This document shows, in pieces, positions 13,101 to 21,324 of a DNA stretch of 23,569 nucleotides (within the stretch, counting starts at the first letter, position 1; each line of letters begins with the position of its first letter). The notes beneath the pieces are model-generated. The model did not search any database. It was not told the origin of the DNA and saw nothing but the letters and a program-made list of their open reading frames with translations. The DNA is taken from NCBI GenBank assembly GCA_965644295.1, contig CBFFRP010000048.1, positions 1 to 23,569 on the forward strand. Direction: 5' to 3'. Origin of the DNA: Paraphysomonas bandaiensis. Its lineage: Eukaryota; Protista; Chrysophyceae. Position numbers and translations under genes: made by a program.

Positions 13101-14526
13101 GTATTTGTGGCTGACGTAAGCTGCAGAGATTGTGTTCGTATAAGTTTGAAGACGATAACATCAGTAGGACCTCCCTCGACCCCAATAATGTTGGGAAGGA
13201 AGTGACCCTAGGTCATCTTCTTTTTAACTTGCAGGTGTACACCGAAAATATCGGCGTCTAGCACTAACTTTTGTGTCGTATAGACACTCAATGTGTTTAA
13301 TTCTTTATTGGGCGACAAGGCAGCTGCCACCGATAAAAGTCTGGAGGTGAATTTTTGTGTTCATGGCCTATATCCGCTAAAGATACATTTACATTGCAGC
13401 CAATGCTTCGATTGATTCGTGGAATTGTTCGGCGTTTTGGCGAAGAGGCGGAAAGGAACCATATGATGTTTGTCGAGGTCAGTGCCAGCGATGCAAGAAA
13501 ACTAATATATAAATGTTGTCCACAGGCCGTTTTCCAGCATGCCCATGCACTGTCTACATGGCAGCGCATTTCGGGAATTTATGATGCGTATTCGATTGCA
13601 AAGGGTTCTCTTGCATCTGACAGGTGGGTGGATGTAGTACTACTCCTGTGGATAATGTCGTTGCAGTGTTGTGGATATGAATGAAAAGGGGTCCGCCAAC
13701 GAATCGGATTCGGAAGATATGGGCGATGAGTTCGATGAAAATAATTCAGATCTTATGAAAATTACGATAAATCCGAGTGAATTGCGCAAAAAAAAGCGCC
13801 GTGAAAGCAGGAAGAGGCGCCGGCGGGAACCGGTGGTAGATTCTGAGGATAGTACCGACGAGGAGGAGTTGAGTCGGCCAAGGAAGGGAAGCAGACGTCC
13901 CTGGAGCGAGGAGGAGGACAGTGTTTTGCGCACTCTTTATGCTTTATACAATGGTAGCAATAGCACCTTCACAGCGATTGCAGAGGACCCGCGACTGAGG
14001 TACGCCAAGTGTATTTCTTTATCTGATTGTCGCTGTTAAGCAACTTTTCAGTGACCTTGGAGGAAGAAGTGTACTTCAAGTTACGAGACGCGTCCGGGAG
14101 TTGAATCTTCATCTGGAAAGGCACCACAAAGATGATAATATGGTGGGTCACCGTGAAAATGTGGGGAAATCAGCTGGTTCGGATAACCCTAAATCCCAAT
14201 CGCTAGATAATTCACAGGTTTCAGCTGATCCCAATGGGGATGGGGCCGAGGCAGTAGCCTTCTGGGAAATTGATAACGAGGCTGACATCAACGATGAGCG
14301 GTGGCAGAGAATAATGAGCACAACTGTTGGGAACCACCATGGTCACTCTAAGGGACAGGGTGGTGGACAAAGGGGTATTTTGCGACGCGCGAACCGCTCC
14401 GAGGCTATGTCGGATTCTGAGAACGATGAGCAAAATGCAGGTCTTTTTGAATCCAGTGAGTGTGTAGAGGCACGTTCGCGGTTGCAGGGTCCTAATAAAT
14501 TAATCATAGATAGTGATGATGAGTGA
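10110..14526 (+). CDS. TIMELESS: TIMELESS/Tof1/Swi1 replication fork protection complex subunit; about 21 short introns
   Basis: The spliced product has Timeless N-terminal hallmarks: LIRLFLLLTKP, LTFKRAL, EPRLRSEDDKKIIECTLMLISNLLAI, WNLILVEIVYYLL, RMNRFGGVF and HLDVLIELVHETMKLL. It also has a C-terminal Myb-like repeat (PWSEEEDSVLRTLY...QVTRRVRELNL), a basic NLS (RKKKRRESRKRRRR) and an acidic tail (IIDSDDE). GT-AG donors near 10418, 10579, 10845, 11015, 11154, 11310, 11722, 11918, 12070, 12166, 12277, 12408, 12685, 12853, 12954, 13083, 13235, 13348, 13478, 13624 and 14000. Confidence 0.88.
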
Positions 14527-14679
14527 TGTGAACTGTTGGTCGGTGATAGTTACGTTAGTTTGTGAGGTTTGGCTTTATTAAGGGGATGGTGTTAACTTTG
14601 TGTGTCGATAATATAAGAAATGCTGAAAATATTTGGAAACTTGCTACGAAATCGTTCTCACAAGCGTCTTTGTTCTTCG

Positions 14680-14943
14680 TAATAAGACATTCACTACTAC
14701 TGCGGCTCACATTAGTTTCCCGGAGAAATATCTCCGGTACTTATCCCCCTGATGAACAACACGAAAAGGTGCGAGTCTGACTTTGTTGAGGGCTTAATTT
14801 CATAAATGCGTGTGGTATTGTTTAGCAGAGTTGCAACAGATTAAATGTTCTTGATTAAGTTCAGATCTCTTAGCTCATTGCAATGCTAAATTAGTCCTGA
14901 CTCTTAAACGCCTAATGCTAATAATAAGACATTCACTACTACT
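14680..14943. repeat. Perfect 22-bp direct repeat TAATAAGACATTCACTACTACT (14680-14701 and 14922-14943)
   Basis: Both copies read directly from the sequence, in the intergenic region between the convergent TIMELESS and GH5 genes. Confidence 0.85.
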
Positions 14944-15349
14944 CGCTTATTAGCTCAATAGTTATTTTCTTTTCATGTCCACTACACCTAGCTATCACTA
15001 AGAGCGCGCATTACAACTGAAAGAATAGATGCACGCTGAACTTGGGTCTTCTCACTCTAACGTCAGGAAACAGCTGATTAAATTCTTGTGTTATAACTCA
15101 CTGATATCTCATATTTTAACGTATGCTAACATAACGACGTTTTAATTACAGTAAAATGGTAGAAAAGTGTATATAAAATTAACTTTGAATTCCACGTAAC
15201 TATTATGCAATTAACGTGCCGGGCCTTATGGTAGGTCTTATGACTAAAATCGATGGTATAGCTAAAATACAATTTCAGTCATTTAATACCGGCCATAGAT
15301 TACTTGAAGTGTGGAAGTCAGTTATTTCATTCACAGAGTATATGGCCAC

Positions 15350-17884
15350 TTAGAGAGCCACCTCATTAAAACGATTGGACAAAATTACATTTTCCTCGTT
15401 ACTAGGATCAGTCAGCTGCTCATAATTTGAACCAAAGTGCCGGAACGAAGAATGGCGACTGCCCCGCGATCCTGGTAAATTAGTTGTTTCACTTTGCGTA
15501 GCATATATACGATAATCCAAGTCGAATTCGGGACCCGGAGATATAATGGACTCAGGTGCTTCATTAGGGCTTCTGTGTCCCCTAAATACTACGTATGCTC
15601 CAGCTGCAGTCAGAGCCACTAGACATGTTACAATAACTAAAACAGGCCAGATGGTACTGATCCCAGTACTGTTCGAGGAACCGTTGTCATCAGAGTGGGC
15701 ACCGCTATTTCCATCATCATCATCGGTGGGTAATGACAGCAAAGCAGGACAGGAAGATGACGAGGATACGTCGGTTGAAGGCACGGAAGATGGGACGGAG
15801 GTAAGCACGGGGATGGGATGGTACGTTTGACAGCGTTCAGAGGGAAGACGGTGGCCTGGATTATCGCACACGCATTCCATACCTGAATCATCACAAACAC
15901 CTACCCAACCACAATAATAGTCCCTCTCGCCGGGCACACAACACTGGTCCGTTTTCAGCTCAGGACCAAAGTGGTGGAACTCACACCTCTCGGAGGCCCA
16001 GTGGAACGTATCATCACACACGCAACCGTTTCCAGTAGCGTTGCAAACCCCACGGTTGAAGCAAAAGCCCCTGTCAATACCAGGTGAGCATGTGAGGTCA
16101 GTTGGATCGGGATCGGGCGGAATAGGATAGTACTGTGCACAGCGGTCGGCAGAAATTCGGTGCTCGGAGTCGAAGCAATTACAAGAGAGTCCATCTGCTG
16201 AGCATAACCCTTGCCAGCTGCAATAGTCATCCACTGTGTTGGGATAGCAATACCAACCAGCTTTCAGCTCCCTGCCTCTGTGCCACGTGGAACATTGTTC
16301 CGAAGGCCAGTAGTGGAGGTAGTCATCACAAACACAACCAGCTCCGTCAAATGAGCAGTATCCTCTGTTGCTGCAATATTCTCTATTCCAAGGAGTGCAA
16401 ACCATGCCTCCTGGATAAATAGTGGGACTAGGAGTTGAAGGGGTCGTCGGGCGTAGAGAGGGTCGGGTGGTAGGTCTTCTTGTTGGAACAGGTGTAGTAG
16501 GTATAGTTGGCAGTGGTGTAGGTGATGATGTTGGTGCCACTGTTGGTTCAGGCATTGTTGGTGCAGGCGTTGGTGCAGGCGTCGGTGATGGAGTTGGTGC
16601 GGGCGCTGTTGGCATTGGCGTTGGTGGGGACGTTGTCGGTGCAACAGTCGGTGCCCGTGTTGTAGGTACAAGCGATGGCACAAGTGTTGGCGTAGACGTT
16701 GGGCTCATTGATCTTGTTGGGAAAAGTGTCGGACGAGTACTTGGCATCCAAGTTGGCCGCGTAGTTGGCATCAATGTCGGTTTGGCAGAGGGAAGCGACA
16801 CGGGCTCGGTGGACAAACAAGTATATTCCGATCCACCAGCAAGGTTCTCAGTGATAAGGTGGTTGCGAATAAATGTCCCTGGGCATATGGTGTTGTCCCA
16901 CGCTCGTGCACTACAGGCTCCTACAGAGAGCATAGAAGCATACTCATCTTTATCTGAGAATTGCCAAGCCGTCCAACTCACCACAGTTTCGGAATATTCA
17001 CCGGCGAATAGATCCAAAAACTTTTGAGCCATTTCTGTATTGTAACCTCCTGTAGTTGTATAGTCGCTTACACCCCACTCCGTCACAAAGAGTGGGACAA
17101 CATCCATGTAGGACTTGACATAGTCAAAGAGAAAGTCGTGTGATGCCGCATAAAAGTGAAAGGCGTACATGACATTGTAAGGTTGGTTTACAGGGGTTGA
17201 AGCCGGGTACTCAATTTGTTGGCTCCAAAATGGTGTTCCTGCTATAATTATTGTATCAGGATCTATCTTCCGAATTTCAGCTATCATCACGTTATGATAG
17301 ACCAATATTGTTGACCATGGAGTATTGCTGGGTTCATTTGCAATTTCATAAATCACATGCGATTTATCTTTGTATGTATTTGCAATGTACCGCCAGAAGT
17401 CCATTGCGATACCTGTAGTTGCCCCAGGAGAGTCCAAGAAGTCGTTAGGATCACCAGTGGGGTTATGAACGTGCCAGTCAATGATAACATATATACCCAA
17501 CGTTTCACACCACTGGATAATATCCGAGAGCTTTGATATAAAATATTCTGGCTGTACCAAATATCCATTCTCGGAGGGTTCCAAGTATACCGCGGCTCTG
17601 AACACATTAATGCCCCACGTGTCAACAAGATGAGATAATGACTCAAAGGTGACACACTCCCGGTGCCACTGCAGGCCGTGTGAACTCAAACCACGCAGTT
17701 GGACGGGCTGGTTATAGGCATCCACTAGTTGAGTGCCACTGAGTTTTAATTTTCCATGTCTTTGTACATAGCCACTGCAATCAGCGGTGTCTGACACAGC
17801 GGAATGTTCACATGCAGAGGTATACGTATGACAGTACAGTGTACATATAAATATTATTGAGAACCGTGAACAGGTTGCTACCAT
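15350..17884 (-). CDS. Type I membrane-anchored glycoside hydrolase family 5 (subfamily 2-like endoglucanase/cellulase) with Pro/Thr stalk, 4 EGF-like repeats, TM helix and cytoplasmic tail; intronless
   Basis: Likely ATG at 17884 (MVATCSRFSIIFICTLYCHTYTSA, signal-like). GH5_2 motifs HGKLKLSGTQLVD, VQLRGLSSHGLQW, WGINVFRAAVY, GIYVIIDWH, acid/base YEIANEP, YAFHFYAASH and nucleophile LFVTEWG. PT-rich linker ~16410-16810, Cys repeats ~15810-16405, TM IWPVLVIVTCLVALTAAGAYVVF. Confidence 0.93.
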   Translation of the reverse strand: MVATCSRFSIIFICTLYCHTYTSACEHSAVSDTADCSGYVQRHGKLKLSGTQLVDAYNQPVQLRGLSSHGLQWHRECVTFESLSHLVDTWGINVFRAAVYLEPSENGYLVQPEYFISKLSDIIQWCETLGIYVIIDWHVHNPTGDPNDFLDSPGATTGIAMDFWRYIANTYKDKSHVIYEIANEPSNTPWSTILVYHNVMIAEIRKIDPDTIIIAGTPFWSQQIEYPASTPVNQPYNVMYAFHFYAASHDFLFDYVKSYMDVVPLFVTEWGVSDYTTTGGYNTEMAQKFLDLFAGEYSETVVSWTAWQFSDKDEYASMLSVGACSARAWDNTICPGTFIRNHLITENLAGGSEYTCLSTEPVSLPSAKPTLMPTTRPTWMPSTRPTLFPTRSMSPTSTPTLVPSLVPTTRAPTVAPTTSPPTPMPTAPAPTPSPTPAPTPAPTMPEPTVAPTSSPTPLPTIPTTPVPTRRPTTRPSLRPTTPSTPSPTIYPGGMVCTPWNREYCSNRGYCSFDGAGCVCDDYLHYWPSEQCSTWHRGRELKAGWYCYPNTVDDYCSWQGLCSADGLSCNCFDSEHRISADRCAQYYPIPPDPDPTDLTCSPGIDRGFCFNRGVCNATGNGCVCDDTFHWASERCEFHHFGPELKTDQCCVPGERDYYCGWVGVCDDSGMECVCDNPGHRLPSERCQTYHPIPVLTSVPSSVPSTDVSSSSSCPALLSLPTDDDDGNSGAHSDDNGSSNSTGISTIWPVLVIVTCLVALTAAGAYVVFRGHRSPNEAPESIISPGPEFDLDYRIYATQSETTNLPGSRGSRHSSFRHFGSNYEQLTDPSNEENVILSNRFNEVAL
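15810..16405 (-). repeat. Four EGF-like Cys-rich repeats arranged as a duplicated A-B pair
   Basis: A type: CSNRGYC..GAGCVCDD..HYWPSEQC and CFNRGVC..GNGCVCDD.FHWASERC, each followed by H.G.ELK. B type: YCSWQGLC..DGLSCNC..EHR..DRC..Y.PIP and YCGWVGVC..SGMECVC..GHR..ERC..Y.PIP. Confidence 0.85.
16410..16810 (-). repeat. Pro/Thr-rich mucin-like linker (PT repeats) within the GH5 gene
   Basis: PTxxPT/PTPAPT iterations; DNA repeats such as TTGGTGCAGGCG. Confidence 0.85.
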
Positions 17885-18344
17885 ACTACAAACAAACACA
17901 CACAGAGTCTGTTCCAATCACAGTTAATTATCTGTACAATCAATACTTAAACCACAGCTCCGCTTACAGTACGACTATATGAGGGGGGGTGAATACATAC
18001 AGCAGTTCTCCAGGTGCTCTTATAGGTATATACATATATAGGTGCATATATACTGCTGTACAGTACATAGTATGACAGAAAGAACTCAACAATTATCGCT
18101 GTATTTTGTATTGTGTACAGCGTATATCCCGTATACGAAGCATATCAAAGGGAACATTGAGGGCGACAGATCCAACTCCACCGCACGGAATATATACAGT
18201 AGGAATTCCTAGTACACATTGCAGGTTGTAGAGAAAGGTCAAAAATCATGAAAAAAATCTTGAAAAAGTGTGTCTTTTACATTTAATTCCATAACTTTTT
18301 CATATACAGTATACGGTATACTTTATGTAGGAATTCCGGAATTG

Positions 18345-19621
18345 TATGGTCGAAGAAGGAAGCCATATTACGAAGTTGTAAAATCAGGGTTTTCTAGGAG
18401 TTTGAGGAAATATCGCCCTATTTGAGGATATGATACAACTACATCTAGATCTTCCTCGGCACATTATCAGCCATATCTTCCGGTGCTACGTCGAGAAAGA
18501 CAAGAAAGAAGGAACTGAGCAAGAGGGGGAAAGGCTCAGCACAGACCTGAGCTGGTAACCTCAATCTCACTTCTTAGGGGTGAGCTGAATCCTCAGCAGA
18601 AGTCTGAGTGCCCAATGAGGAAGTTAGCGAAGAGACGCTCGTACAAGAGACTGCGTCTGATGATGATAACCCTTCGAAATCGGAGGGAGGTAGAGAGTGT
18701 GGAGCCACCGCGTAGTTATTCCAGCGGTGTACACGGAGTTTGTCATAGTGATAGATCATACGACCAACACTCTCGTTGATATTGAAACCAGAGGCTTTTT
18801 TGGAACAATTGTTCTTACGAGTTACCCAGAATGGGTACACAATCGTAAGCAGTTTTCTGGAGCCGTTTCAAAAATGTTAAGCAGTTTGAAAAAACGACAA
18901 CGTTTTTGGCGAATGTTTTCGGAAGGTAGCCCCTTCAAATGAGGTATAGCAGGGCAGTTCTGCGGGCTCAACTGCATGCGGGGTCCTCATCAACGGGCAA
19001 GAGACTGTCAAGTGCAGAAAACGATAAAATGAGGGCACAAACAAACCTTGCCTCCGCTAGCAATATCCCAGCACTAGATTACCTGGCTAAACCAACGAAT
19101 ATATACGGTATAAACAGCACGCTAATACGACTCAACGGGACGTGAACTAATAACTACTCCCCCTAATATGGCCTCTATTGTAGCGTTCATGTCAGAGTTC
19201 TTGATAAGTTTAAGGGTTCGGGCTGGATCAATTAATAGACCTGCTATCTTCGGACTTTGAATCCCTACTCGTGAAGTGCTCTGAGCGGAATAATACTATA
19301 AAATAGAAAAGGAACCCCTTCGAGCTATAGGCGTAAAGACCTCTATATCTTGGACTATAAACCAAATTACTTGGACATTAAGTGCAGGATTGAAGTGTTG
19401 GAGTTCTCTCTCCATTATGGGCATTGAGGATGAAGATGGCTCTGAATGAGTTTCCACTTGCCTCGCTCCCTGAAGACAGATGGAGCCTGATGAGATATGT
19501 AAACGTGTATACGTATTTACCGTATCATGTTCACAAGTCACAGCATTTTGATCCTATGTCTAGCATAGTAGAGTACTGCCAAGCTGCCAAGTTCAATGAA
19601 TGTAGTTCCTGCCATGCCTGA
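18345..19621 (+). pseudogene. Possible decayed coding sequence of unknown identity (gene or transposon relic)
   Basis: A chain of short, overlapping + strand ORF fragments in shifting frames, broken by stops, with coding-like composition relative to the AT-rich flanks. No recognisable domain. Confidence 0.25.
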
Positions 19622-21099
19622 AAACTAGACTTTAGCGAACAGCTTCTAGTGTAGCTCACATATTTGTAATAATATAATAATAAATAATAAATACCAATCT
19701 ATTCTATTTCACTTCACATTAATTGAATTTTAGATGTAGAATGCTGTTTAGTCATGTAAGGAAACAGAACCAGATGAGTAGCTAGATTAACAAACTAGAC
19801 AAGCATCAACCAACTACTAACTACTGCAAACTGCAAACACTGATACTCTTTTATAACGCTACGAGAATTGCTTGTGCGTCGCTGCAAGCACCAAGGTGCG
19901 ACAATTCTCGCTATATTTATAGATGATAGATGTGTATGTAGAGGACATTGTACAACATACACATCTATCATCTAAGTCTATTACTGCCACACTGGAACGC
20001 TCAATACTATACATGCATACATCATTGTGTGCAATTTGCATCGGGGACTGCCTTGTGTGCCTCACTGCAGGCACCAGGGGAACACCTATTGCATAAACCG
20101 ACATTTGCTACCTATGTAAGGAAACATCAAATTTCTTTTATTCTTCACTTAAGTCGCTGTCGAACTGTCGCTGGAATTATCGATGGCCGCACTGCGAGAT
20201 TGCGTGAATGGCTTTGGAAATCGATGAAAGTGATGTGGCTATCATTGCAGTGGAACATAGAGTAACCACAAACCAGCGGTAATACGAGTAGATATCAGGG
20301 CCCCCCATGGATTTGTCGTGTACCGGACAAGCCTCCTTGGGGAACCAGTGTCTTTACCATTAAAAAAATTTAGAAGCAGACAAGTTGTTGGACTAGGCTA
20401 TACAATATTGAATCACTTATGCTACAATTGCCACAATTTCAAGACTTGGGAAGTCTTCTGAATGGGGTAAATTATTTATGGTGTGTTTGAATGCCTAACA
20501 CTAGCACCACATGCATTAAGTGTTTCTCACTCGAACTACTTTGAGCTCCACATACTCTAATGCAAAGAATAGTACAGTTCCGAATTATTGTCAATACATT
20601 ATACGGCTTGCAATAGATAGCTTCAGTGAAATATTTTCATATCAATCAGATCGAAAACAAACCGAAACACACTGACGAAATTAAACTTAAACAACTTTGC
20701 ACTTAACGCCAGCTATATATTTCTTGTTCGACTCAAAGCCTGTCCCAGGACAAAGTTTCGTCGATTCAAAAGAAGATGTTAGTCATATTCAGTGACTTAA
20801 AGAGAGGCACCGAAAAATCGTTAAATCATATCATGGCTCAATCGTTCTAACACGATGTTGGTTGAGAAAATTACTGACCAATATTAGACCGATAATTCCA
20901 CATATCGGATCCAAGCTATCGTTCTCACATCACATTAACATTTTCCACTCGTGTTGTGGGTTCAGTTTCAGTGAAACGAGATCTTTCGTATCCCCATACG
21001 ATATTTAGTTTCCCTCTATCTCATGCTGTATATATCTCACAAGTGCATATGCGTCAATCTATACAGTAATTACGTTGAGCTCAATCAACTCTATCTCCA

Positions 21100-21173
21100 A
21101 CAGCAGTATTTTGTGGTTGTAGTACAGAAAGCACTAAAAAAATAGGTATCAACACATCCAGCTGTACTGCTGT
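21100..21173. promoter_or_regulatory. Candidate promoter motif ACAGCAGTA/TACTGCTGT, two inverted copies upstream of the fibre-like gene (also at 2850, 9753 and 18051)
   Basis: Exact 9-mer at 21100-21108 and its reverse complement at 21165-21173. The same word occurs upstream of the other four genes. Confidence 0.45.
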
Positions 21174-21324
21174 ATGTGGAGAGGCAGCATGTATCCAGAT
21201 GATGTGAACACTATTACATCAAGAAATATATCGTCAAGGGTAATTATTAATCAACCAAGATGCCCTTCGATCTTGATTGGGATGTCGACGCAATTCTTTC
21301 CTAGATAGCCCATTTATAGTTATA

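Noticed and set aside
10418-14040. Introner-like (repeated, mobile) introns given the high intron density
   Set aside because: The introns are similar in length but I saw no shared sequence among them beyond splice and branch signals.
81-14526. Frameshifted pseudogenes or an alternative genetic code as the explanation for fragmented ORFs
   Set aside because: The breaks examined are resolved by short canonical GT-AG introns that restore frame and conserved motifs.
16422-17027. 201-aa Gly/Val-rich + strand ORF
   Set aside because: Antisense of the Pro/Thr linker of the GH5 gene.
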